This document shows, in pieces, positions 1 to 10,758 of a DNA stretch of 64,000 bases (positions are counted from its first letter, which is position 1; the number at the start of each line of letters is the position of its first letter). A model generated the notes under the pieces. It made no database searches and was not told where the DNA came from. It saw only the letters and a program-made list of their open reading frames with translations. Origin of the DNA: Lytechinus pictus. Its lineage: Eukaryota. Made by a program: the position numbers and the translations under genes. Where the stretch lies: contig NC_087251.1 of NCBI RefSeq assembly GCF_037042905.1, positions 14,076,001 to 14,140,000 of the forward strand. Reading direction: 5' to 3'.

Positions 1-763
1 ACTCTCGCACCAAGTCGTACAACGTTGAACAACACTCGCACGATGATCGCCCGACCGATGGTACGACCCCGGGTACGGCCTGATGCGAGTGAATCGATCG
101 TATTTGATCGCGTTCGGATTTTGAACATGTTCAAAGTTCAGATGTGACCAGTCACGACCACCTCGAGTTCGTGCGACCGTCTACAACGACTGCGAGTGCT
201 CGCAAGACACCAAGAGATCGATCGTGCAACAACAAGAAAAAACTGTTGCAGGCAGTCGTAAACTGGTCGGACGTCAATTGTGAAAGGGGCTGAACGGTCG
301 CATACATGCGAATGCAACGGTAGTGGAATGTAGTAAGCCGTAGTTTCGATCGGTCTTGCAACAGTCTCATATTATCGCACCCAGTCGCAAGACTGGTCTC
401 TGTAGGTCTCCAGCACATGTGCAAGTGTTGTACGACCTCCAGTCGACTAAATGCGACTATACTTAGTTGTGCCACCTCTCGCACCAAGTCGTACAACGTT
501 GAACAACACTCACACGATGATCGCCCGACCGATGGTACGACCTGTTGCGAGTGAATCAATCGTATTTGATCGCGTTTGGATTTTGAACATGTTCAAAGTT
601 CAGATGCGACCAGTCACGATCACCTCCGACCACCTCGAGTTTGTGCGATCGTCTACAACGACTGCGAGTGCTCGCAAGACACCATGGGATCGATCGTGCA
701 ACAACAAGAAAAAACTGTTGCAGGTGGTCGTAAACAGGTCGTACGTCAATTGTGAAAGGGGCT
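1..763. mobile_element. Right end of a non-autonomous DNA transposon (PIF/Harbinger-like), tandemly duplicated with ~474-bp period
   Basis: 2-290 is repeated at 476-762 (ctctcgcaccaagtcgtacaacgttgaac...aattgtgaaaggggc). The second copy ends GGGGC followed by TTA. The left end lies outside the window. Confidence 0.55.
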
Positions 764-1034
764 TATCGACTGGTCCACGATGCGATTATGGAACAAATTA
801 CATGTTACTAATTTTCTAAAAAAATGTGAATAAAAAATATCTCTTCGTTTGAGGTCGAAATTAACTGAAAGAATACTAATATAGCAATTTTGGATGATTA
901 TACAAGCCTTTATTTTAGAGCAAAGTCGTAATTAGTTTCAAATTGTTGCCAGTCGTACGATTGCTATGACATCTAGATTTACTTTTATTCTAATAAGGAT
1001 GATAGCATAGTCACAGATTTCTACAATTTTCGTA

Positions 1035-1274
1035 CACTAAAAAATATTGGGTAAAATTTTTACCACCACGAGGGTAATTATGTGTCCAACCAATTTTGGG
1101 CAGTATTTTACCCATTATTGTCCAGTAAAGTTAAAAAAATAAGCAGCAATTGCGGTAGAATGGGCAAAATTTTCATCACACTGGATAAATAAAAATGCCC
1201 AAAAGAAATGCACAATGTTGGTTGCACACATAATTACCCTCATGTAGCACTTTACCCAAAATATTTTTAGAGTG
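1035..1274. mobile_element. MITE with CACT...AGTG termini and TA flanks (EnSpm/CACTA-like)
   Basis: Imperfect TIR cactaaaaaatattgggtaaa / tttacccaaaatatttttagagtg, inner IR gagggtaattatgtg / cacataattaccctc, TA at 1033-34 and 1275-76. Confidence 0.7.
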
Positions 1275-3965
1275 TACGATGATAAGGTATTCCATATTAG
1301 CATCAAATTCTTCTACGTTTTATTCCAAAATCAGGTCGCAGATCAATCATAAGGTGTGCAGTGGCCTTTACACATGATGCATGTATTCATGCACGCTTTC
1401 TCATCAATCAGGTAAAACTTACAAACATCTCAATATTCCCTGATCAAAAATGCTAAGAGGAAATAAATAAACGAGGTATATGAACTGTATGACTCGTTTA
1501 CGTGATACCAGGTAGTAAATCAAAATTTATTATAAAATCACTATTCGTTATAAATAGTGACGATATGCAGGTACATGCAGATGTAAGTGTAGATTAGTAT
1601 ATATAATATATATAATTCATATAGGTCTCTCCGTGGCGATAAATAAGCGACATTTGATATGATTGTTCAAAAATATCAGTCCCCCTCCCCCCCCCCCGTT
1701 TACGGTAATTATGCAGGAAACGAGAAATGGCAATAGGTAAAACAGAAAAGTGTAGGGGGAGTGTAAATAAGGGCACATTTTTTTATAATGCCAATTACAT
1801 CTTTTAATGTAAAGCAGTGGAAACATGATTAGATGCCTATTACTATAGAGTAGACCGACATTATCCATTGGAAATATTATAACTAACCAGCCTAATTTGC
1901 ATATTAATGAGCCATAAACATTTTTTGTCGGATGGCCTTATTTGCCCTACTGAAATGAGGCAATTGAGGCCGCCTGATTAAAATCTATTTTATGTTTCTG
2001 TATTCGAAATAAAAATAGTTCAGTTGGTTTGATACAATCACTAAACATTTACTAGTAACACTCCTACCATTAACATTTAGTTATTTACCCCCCCCCCCTC
2101 CAAAAAAAAAGTTTAGGATTGATTTATTAATTCTTTTTTTCAATGTTATGGTGGAAAAAAACGATTCTCGGATTGTGTTTTCTACTGTCACAGTTATATT
2201 GTGAATTTACTTGTTTTATTGGTAGTGGACACATACTTTATTCAAGTGCGGTGATGTCTACACTGCATTTTAAAGTTTTAACAGTTGTAACCATAGACTT
2301 AATTATGTATTAATCCGGGTGGCCTCATTTGCTCCATCGGACACGTCGAGTTCATAGACATCCAGTCAGAAAAAAAAAGAGGGAACATGGTGAAATTTAC
2401 TACATGCACATGGCATGCACAGTAATACCTTAGACAAAGTAAACTTAAGATAAAAAGTAAATACACATTAATTACTGGGGAGGTACAGTTAATTGCCTCT
2501 CTGAAGTGGCAATGCTACTTTTAACATTTTGATTTTGAAGTGCTGCTGGTTTGTGCTCCTCCTGGCCATTCGCTCCCCACCCCGATAAATTTGACAAGTT
2601 GAAAATTGTTTAATGTGCAATGCAAAAAAATGTTTGAAAAAGCTTCGGAAAGCACTATAAAACCATTAAACTTGACATAAAAACTATCATCAAACAAGGA
2701 AAATGGTCGAATTTTATGCGTATTTCACTCGCAAAATTCTTAATTACAATAGTGGGAAAATTTTGATAATTTTGTCACCCCACCCTTCCATCCAAAATGT
2801 TGATCAACACTTCTAACTCTGAATTTTTTAATAACTTAACCACGGTCAGGAATAATATAGCGACCAAGCCATTTTCTTAACAATAATAATATTTAAAAAA
2901 GCATATCCTTAAGAATGAAAAACTTCAGAGTGTTTTTGACAAAAATAGACAATTTGTTATATTCATTCGTGATGGGAGAAAGTAGGGATAGGGGTTAATT
3001 ATTTTGACCAACGAGGGCACTGTATTACAGGGCAACATTGACAATGATATACCCGAACTTGAAGAGAGCGTTAATAAATACATATATTTTGCATTTACAT
3101 GTTATTTGGCGAGGGAGCGTGTAGCGACCGAGCGAAAAAAAATCTCATTTTATCCGACAGTCACTATAGCTCGTAGCCAATCAAAATCATGGAAAATTGT
3201 CAGCTCTGACAACTTGTCAGACAAAAATGTTGATAACGCTCCCCTGGTATATTCCGCGTACTCATCAGGCTCCAGCACCCACTAATTAACATAAATATCA
3301 CAAAGACTTGCTAGACCAACGTAAAAAAAAAACGCGCCTTCTCCGAAGAAGGAAAACAAGAAGGCTTAAAACTACATAATTTATAGATACATTGAAGTTT
3401 TATACTTTTATATGCCCGATCAGTATGGCTGAAATAATAATAATCACAAAAATATACAAATAGTAGTAATAACATAATGATGACGATGATAATACATTAG
3501 ATATGCTTTCACTATTTTAAATTGCACAATTTTTCTCATTTCAAAAATTAAAAAAACGGTATTGTTGAAAAGGATCCATGATTGATGGTATACCCACTCG
3601 TAACAGACAGATGCTTGTGATGTCATTATATTGTACTAGCTGGTATACAAGCGGAACAATTATTTTCTTTTCTCCTTCGTTTTTGTTTGTTGTTTGTATG
3701 TTATTTTTTGTGGGGGTGGGGGTAATTACGCCACTGCAGGTGTGCATTGAAATCATTATCATAATTCAAGTAGGCCTATACCACCTTCCTTTCTCGTCCT
3801 CATTCCCATTAAAGTTTTAGTAAAACAAGAAAACAGAAGGCTCTGATATTTTATTTCTTATCAGAAAAAAAAAACATTATTGAATATTACCTTTCAAACG
3901 AGAACAAAATTTTACAACGAATTGAATGATTTTTTTTAAATAGCGAATTGGAACATCGCACTTAC

Positions 3966-4068
3966 CGACGGCTGTCATAAATGCTTCGTTAGCGGTGAGC
4001 AAAACTATAATTAAAACTGTTGAATAGACTCGAGAGTTCTGGAGGAAACACGAGCAAGATGAAGACAT
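3966..4068 (-). CDS. Candidate first coding exon (signal peptide-like) of a divergent secreted/membrane protein gene
   Basis: ATG at 4068; MSSSCSCFLQNSRVYSTVLIIVLLTANEAFMTAV+G has a hydrophobic core and ends at a phase-1 consensus donor G|GTAAGT (acttac at 3960-65). No downstream exon was recognised in the window. Confidence 0.4.
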
Positions 4069-5004
4069 GATGAACCAACCCTATTCAACTGATACGGAAT
4101 CGAAGCTACAGTATTTAGTGGAGTCAAAATTCGGCGTATACATGTATATAAATCATTCAACTGTGTATTTAGCGAACATATTTCAGATCTGCAGGTTTGC
4201 ATTTTAATGTCTAAATGAATACGACAGCGCCAACTATGTTGGACAAACCATGCACCTATGAAGAGATGGACATTCATCGCTTAGATAATGAATTCACTAA
4301 CAGGTGACGGTAATTGTCATCTGAATAACATTCTCTTCATACTAGTCTTCTTTGGTCCTATGATCGTCACCGTGAGAAGGGACTGAATTAGTTCGTTATT
4401 GGACATTTATATTTCACAAATTATATGTTGATAGAAAATCAATGAAATAATGGATAATCGATGTGCAGTTTTTGTTTACCTTTGTTAATCTTAGTTCCAT
4501 GTGTTTTATTTGGGGAAATGTCTGCATATTTTAATATAGAGGCAATATTGTGATTGATTGTTTACCATTTAAAATTCAATTTTCCCAAGTTTCTCCATAA
4601 TATTCCAGATATACGTGGCACATAACATGTGTAGATCGTGTATCTTTCAATGTTATTGAGGTCCTTATGTGTGAGCGGTAGTTAGCGGATCGAATAATAT
4701 CATATTTTATATCATAAAAATCGTCTGCTTCTCAAGTTTGCTGATCCATATATGAAGCAAATTGACTGAAAGGCACATACTGAAACAGGGGATCAGCCAA
4801 CAAAAGTCAAGACCGGGAAACTGTTCCGTCTTTGGGTGATCAGATACGTCTTGGTAGTCATGGTAATTGCTATTGTTACAACACCTGTATGTTCTCATTA
4901 AGATGCGCATAACCAGGTGACGGTGACTATCATTGTGTCAAAGAAATGCTCGCGTTAATCGTCCATCTTTTCATAGGTCCATGGACAAACGATCATGACT
5001 TTAA

Positions 5005-5606
5005 AGGACAAGTCCACCCCAACATAAAGCTGATTTGAATGAAAGGAGAAAAATCCAACAAGCATAGCAATGAAAACTTCATCCAGATCGGATGTAAAAT
5101 AAGAAAGTTGAGACATTTTGAAATTTCTCTTAATTTCACAAAACAGTTATATGCACATCCAGGTCGGTATGCAAATGAGGAGACTGATGACATCATCCAC
5201 TTACTATTTCTTTTGTATTTTATTATATGAAATATGAAATATTCTGATTTTCTCCTGATGTCACGTGAAAGGAGCTTTATTCCTCCCTGGATATATGGAA
5301 TTACCATTATTCTAACATCTTTTGGCTCAGTCAAGTTGGTCATTATTGTCGGTCAAATATGTAAGAATTGAAATATTGTATAATTCAAACAATAAAAATC
5401 AAAAGAAATCATGAGTGAGGGACATCATCGACTCTCTCATTTACATGTCACTGAGTTGTGCATATTACTATTTTGTGAAAAATAAGTTAAACTTCAAATT
5501 GTCATGATTTTCTTATTTTACATCCGAGTTGGATGAAATTTTTAGCGTTGTTGGATTTTTCTCTATTGATTCAAAGCAGTATTTTTTTCTGGGGTGGACT
5601 TGACCT
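5005..5606. mobile_element. Kolobok-like MITE
   Basis: TTAA|AGGACAAGTCCACCCC ... GGGGTGGACTTGACCT|TTAA, with long imperfect internal inverted repeats. Confidence 0.85.
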
Positions 5607-6171
5607 TTAACAATATACATATTGGATAATTATTTCTGCATGCTGATGACTAGAATGGAAGGTTGACATCTGCTATTCTTTTTTCATTTTGACTGAATTT
5701 GTGTAGTGCGTTTGTGAAGTTTGATAGGATTCTTTTGGAACCGCGTTTAGATTCTCTGCCGCTTAACGCAGTTCATTCAGTGAACCAAGAATCGTTTTGT
5801 TTTTTAGAAGTTTACCCTAGTCCTACACAATGTTATTTCACTCTTGCGGGAAATTTCGACTTTTTCCAGGAAAGGTTCGGGAAATGAACAAACTTCCAGG
5901 AAACTTCCAGGAAATCCGAAAACTACAATTAAATAACATCAAACGTAGCAACTTTTGATATTCATGTTTGTTTATATACCTCAATACAATAGCTCAAAAA
6001 TTTTCGCTCGTGCTCCGCGGTCGCATTTCTTGATTTAAAGGTCAACTTCACCCCAGAAAAATGTTAATTTCAATCAATAGAGAAAAATTGATCAAGCGTA
6101 ATATTGAAAATTTCATTAGAACAAAATAAGAAAGTTACAATTTAAAAGTTTCCCTTTTCACAATACACTTA

Positions 6172-7018
6172 GGCCGTGTTTATGCTTCCACTTTTCAGGC
6201 CAGAATCAGCGTTTCCAAACGTGATTAGTCCAAAACACGGTTGCGTCCATGTTTACTTTCATTTAAACGCTGTTTCAAAACACCGATCGTAAACTCACAA
6301 AAAGGTGCGTTTGTAAACGTCGTTTGACCAGAATCAGGCTTTCTGGGGAAGTATAAACAGAACCACGATCGTAAACGTGTTTAAATGACGTCATTTGGTA
6401 CTTGCTTCCGGTGAGATGAAAATCCGCGGGCAAATACAGTCGCATTGCTCCATGGTCGCATGTTACCTCCACGGAATTACCTCTCATCTCCCTTGTTTTG
6501 CATTAGTACTATTACTAGTATTACTCTTCCAATTTGTCATCACGATGAATGTTGAGGGATTTACACCAAAAAATAACCTGGAACATGAGTTATAATGAGG
6601 AGACATCGCAAGATGCCCCAGTAGCATAAACAAATAGACATTTATTTTTATTTTGTATACTTAATATTCTTTTCTTTTTTTACTATTATCCTCACCATGG
6701 TGGAAATTATATGGCTATATCAAGAAGCTCCATGCAATGACTAAAATATCGGAAATTGTTCGATGTTTATATAACAGTCGACGTAGCTTCCCCATAACAA
6801 CACTCGGAAAAAAAAAACTTTCGAAAAAGGGCGCGCCCAATTTGACCTCGCTTTCCTGCTCAACGAAAATTACGATGCGAAGCCAGCTGGAGATCGTGAT
6901 TTCGCCTCTGAAAAAAAGGTGCATAAACAGCACTCCCAGAGCCACGTTTACGATCGGCGTTTTGGATCGACGTTTGAAAACACTGATTCTGTCCTCGCAA
7001 TGGAAGCATAAACACACC
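6172..7018. mobile_element. PIF/Harbinger-like MITE nested in Kolobok
   Basis: TIR ggccgtgtttatgcttcca / tggaagcataaacacacc; inserted at the host TTA (TTA left, CTA right). Confidence 0.75.
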
Positions 7019-7121
7019 CTATATGCACAACTAATCAGTGACGTGCTAATGAGAGAGTCGATGATGTCACCCACTCACTATTTCTTTTGTTTTTGTTGTT
7101 TAAATTATACAATATTTCATT

Positions 7122-7375
7122 TTAATCCATATTTAATCCATATTTTATTGTTCGAAGAAATACCCCGAAAATTTGCTTTGCCTAATTGATCGTGGGCCCG
7201 GCAGCGCTGTGCAGCGCCAGCTCGACGAGGCTCTATCCCTTTAATCGTTGAACGCCAAATAAGGTAGCAGCAACTCCCATCTTTTAACGTCTTTTGGTCT
7301 GACGCGCCCGGGGTTTGAACCCCCGACCTCCTGGTTGTGAGCCGGACGCTCTACCAACTGAGCCAACACACCGGT
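7122..7375 (-). mobile_element. tRNA-derived SINE (Val-CAC-like head)
   Basis: Minus strand shows A box TGGCTCAGTTGG, anticodon-like loop CTCACAA and B box GGTTCAAACC, then a non-tRNA body (ccaaaagacgttaaaagatgggag...) and an (atatggattaa)2 tail. Confidence 0.85.
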
Positions 7376-7961
7376 ATTTTTTTTAACAGATTTGACATTA
7401 AGGTCCAACTCAGCTGAACCAACAATGGTAATACCACATGTTCAGGGAGGAATAAAACCTTTTTTTTATAGGACAACAGGGAAAAAATTGGAAATATTTC
7501 ATATTTCATATAATAAAATATAAAAGAAATAGTAAGTGAATCATGTCATCGGTCCCCTCATTTGCATACCGAACAGGGTGTGCACATAACTGTTTTAAAC
7601 TGTCATAACTTTCTTGTTTTACATCCGATTTTGATGAAATTTTCAGTGTTATGCTAGTTGGATTTTTCTCTATTTATTCAAATCAACTTTTGTTGGGGTG
7701 GACTTGTCCTTTAAATAAGATTATTATAAAGAAAGCGTATATTAACAATGCCCCGTTTTCAGGTGGGACTCGTACTAACAAGAAAATTCATGATACCACA
7801 ACACTCCCGTACAGAGGAGGTTGGTGATACGACATGAACACTCCCGTACAGATGAGATAGGAGGTTGGGGCATGGACCCCCCCCCCACAAAAAAAATGAA
7901 AAGAACAGAAAAATTGAAGAATTGAATGGAGAAGGGGGAAATTAAATTCTATGACAACATA

Positions 7962-10113
7962 CAGTGGAGGAGACCGGGGTTAGTTGGCCCCCTTTCCTCT
8001 TTAGAAAGTGAAAGCTTTGTATTGCTGCATCCATGGACCTATTACGAAATAGGTCCATGCTGCATCCAAGGACAACTAATTCTGGTATTCAGCTAGCCTC
8101 CTCTAGCTACATAAGTAACTGTGTCCCTCAGCATGTGAATATGAAGGCCATTAGACCACACAGCTGTAAAATTTGCTCTCCTAAAAGTGACATCTCTACT
8201 TTAGATAGGTGAATGCTATGTAAATTATACAAATCAGTGTATAATTGAATCATTTTATATTGTAGCAAAACTTATTGCTGAATATTATTCATAGGTAACT
8301 TTCTTTATTTATCTTGGAATAAATGTATTTTGTTTAGTAGGTGCACGGGGCTACTTGCCCCCCTTGTACATTCAAGCCAAATATGAGCTGATGACTTAAT
8401 GTCTCATACAAAATAGCAAGAATGATAATAAAAATTTTGTCTTAAATTCGGACCCTATCTTGTACATTTTGTGTTCTATATATGGCTCTAGACTACACCT
8501 TGTTTTATCCTGAATTGAAAATATGGCCCACAAATTGTCATTTCGTTTAAGAAATGTGTATGCTTCGATCATGCCAAGAACATGCTGACAGAAAAAAAAA
8601 GCCTGCATCGGCAAGTATAGGGAAACTTAACACAAATGAAGGCGCGGGAAGGAAAATAATATGACAGACAGGCAGAAGTGGATGTCATTGTTGAAACATA
8701 ATGATCTGGTAGAAACTTAAAAGTGTGAAGTATGGTGGGAAAAAAAATGACCAGACAAATTCTCCATAATTCATAGAACGTGATCTTTGTCTAAATTTTT
8801 TTTCACCCACATTTTCCCCGATCGGCCGCTCGAAGTTAATTTTTGTTTGTTTCTTTGAAGGGGTAATATATTTATATATATAATATCATAAGCCTTATTT
8901 AAAAAGTGTGAGCTTTTTGTTTATTTATGTATTTTGTTTTAAAATTCAAATATTCTTGGCAATGTTTATGATCCTAAACGAGATGTGATTCTAACTGAAT
9001 AATTGCTGCGAGCGCGAAGCGCGAGCAGAAATTTTTAATATACGTTTTCATCTGATAAAAAAGGATCTGTTACCGGCAGCTTGTTAGCCATGAAGACGTT
9101 ACATATTTCAACTATCAAATATTTTCGAATTTTCAAATAATTTTCGAGCTGAAATATGTTTTGTATATTGACTTCAAGATTTGATATTTAAGCTCCATAT
9201 TGAGCAAGATATGTAAATCACCTAAAAGGCGATGCGAGCGCGAAGCGCGAGCAAAAATTTTATATCCCGGCATGAAAGATTTTTTACTATTACTTTCCAA
9301 GTCTTCCCCTTATCTTATTCACTCGTCTTCCTCCTTTTATATATGTTTCCCTTTCTTTTTTTCTCCTCTCTTTTCCCTTTTTCTTCTCTTTTTTTCTTTA
9401 TTTCCCTTTTTTTTTTTTTTTTTTTTGCTCCGCCAATAGGAGGGGGGGGGGGGGGGGCCGGGCCCCTCGCCCCCCCCCCCTGGATCCGCCTATGCTGTCA
9501 TGCCGTGCATACCCACATGAAAAAAAAACCACCACGCACGTGCGGGTCTCCATGTGGGTGCTCGCGTGTGCCCCGGCGTCGTACGTACAGGAACGGCTCA
9601 TAGACGGCTAGCTGCGCTGCTTTTGAATGCGAATTTACCCACCGTTAGTTGCATCGAAAAGTTACATGACAGTTTTTTTTTCTTTATATTTTTTAAGGGG
9701 AATCAACTCTCATTTCCTTGAGAAGGTATGCACATATTCCCCCCCCCCCCCAGATGGTCACACTTCTTTTGTGACAAAAACATGGGGGGGGGACATTTGA
9801 TATTGTGTCCCCCCCTGAAAAAATCATGGGGGGGGACACGCCCCCCCGTCCCCCACCGATTGACGCCCATGTCTGTACATAAAAATCACTCAAAAGTGTT
9901 TGCAAAATGTCTTCAGCTGACAGATGTTAATTAACCTTAATTAAGATCTTACTAGAAATATGTAGGCCTAGACTTTGTATTTGCTTTGGGAAAGTTAGTT
10001 AAATAGTTGTTATTAACATTGGTAATGTACTTCAAACATGTTGATTTTTGTGTTATTAGGCTGCTATAATGTGAAACATAAAAAAGGGGCCCAACTAACC
10101 CTGGCCTCCCCTA
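7962..10113. mobile_element. Tc1/mariner/pogo-like non-autonomous element with nested fragments
   Basis: TA|cagtggaggagaccggggttagttggcccc ... ggggcccaactaaccctggcctcccc|TA. The interior holds other repeat ends (ctggatccgcctatg at ~9480-9494; ttgacgcccatg at ~9860-9871). Confidence 0.55.
8032..8059. mobile_element. 28-bp hairpin mini-element, CATG termini, 7-bp TSD (P-element-like)
   Basis: CTGCATC|CATGGACCTATT-ACGA-AATAGGTCCATG|CTGCATC: perfect 12-bp stem and perfect flanking duplication. Confidence 0.75.
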
Positions 10114-10144
10114 TATATTTCTACAATAAAAAGTCAGCAGAGTT

Positions 10145-10271
10145 GTATAGAGCGCGCGTAGCACTGCACTGGTCCTACATTACATGTAGATGGCGCTACA
10201 AAGCCACGTCGACTTATTTTCTGTGACTGTGCGAAGACTTGTGATCGATGGGACTGTTTGCTTGTTGTAAG
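10145..10271 (+). promoter_or_regulatory. Probable Sec23 promoter and non-coding first exon
   Basis: CpG-rich non-repeat DNA with AGATGGCGCT and GCCACGTC motifs, ending at donor AAG|GTAAGA (10271/10272); a second donor CG|GTAAGT is at 10368. The ATG exon at 21002 starts with an acceptor, so an upstream exon is required. Confidence 0.5.
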
Positions 10272-10459
10272 GTAAGAGAAAAACGGCTATAATTGTTTGT
10301 TCCTTTTACAAGTTGATGATTTTTAGATATTTGAATTGTTGCTTTGTTTCATTTCCGACAGTAAACGGTAAGTGAGCATTGTAATCTAAATCAAGACAGA
10401 TCCAGACCCAAATTAAATTGCAATGAAACTGTAATCTACTTCACTCTTCAGTACTCCTT

Positions 10460-10508
10460 TAACCCAGAGAGCTCCCGCCCGCGTAGCGGGCGGGAGCTCT
10501 CTGGGTTA
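10460..10508. mobile_element. 49-bp perfect hairpin element with 9-bp TSD
   Basis: GTACTCCTT|TAACCCAGAGAGCTCCCGCCCGC-GTA-GCGGGCGGGAGCTCTCTGGGTTA|GTACTCCTT. Confidence 0.85.
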
Positions 10509-10663
10509 GTACTCCTTCAGTCCCATTCGCATTATTTTGCGTAGGCTACTGTAGATAGCCGTAGGCGCTGGCTAGGCTTAGATTTTGGTTTGGAATGAAT
10601 AACAAGTTAGATCTAAGCACGGAAATAAAATGAAGGGGAAAGCTGATCGCCACTATCGTGCGT

Positions 10664-10687
10664 AGTCACGTGACTGCCGCCATCTTG
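10664..10687. promoter_or_regulatory. Adjacent E-box/CLEAR-type palindrome and YY1-type site
   Basis: AGTCACGTGACT (10664-75) immediately followed by GCCGCCATCTTG (10676-87), about 400 bp downstream of the candidate exon 1. Confidence 0.5.
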
Positions 10688-10758
10688 CTAGTGACTTTAG
10701 CGTTCATGTGCAATTTCCGAATTCCGTGTAACTAAACTAACACTAACAGTAACACTAA

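Larger units (their letters stand above)
6039..7710. mobile_element. Kolobok-like MITE (same family as 5005-5606, opposite orientation) hosting two insertions
   Basis: TTAA|AGGTCAACTTCACCCC ... GGGGTGGACTTGTCCT|TTAA; host sequence resumes after each insert. Confidence 0.8.

Noticed and set aside
152..819. 122-135 aa ORFs at window start
   Set aside because: They lie within a duplicated GC-balanced transposon arm and show no domain resemblance.
7300..7375. tRNA-Val(CAC) gene on minus strand
   Set aside because: The acceptor stem does not pair and there is no oligo-T terminator after the head. It continues into a SINE body and repeat tail and sits inside another transposon.
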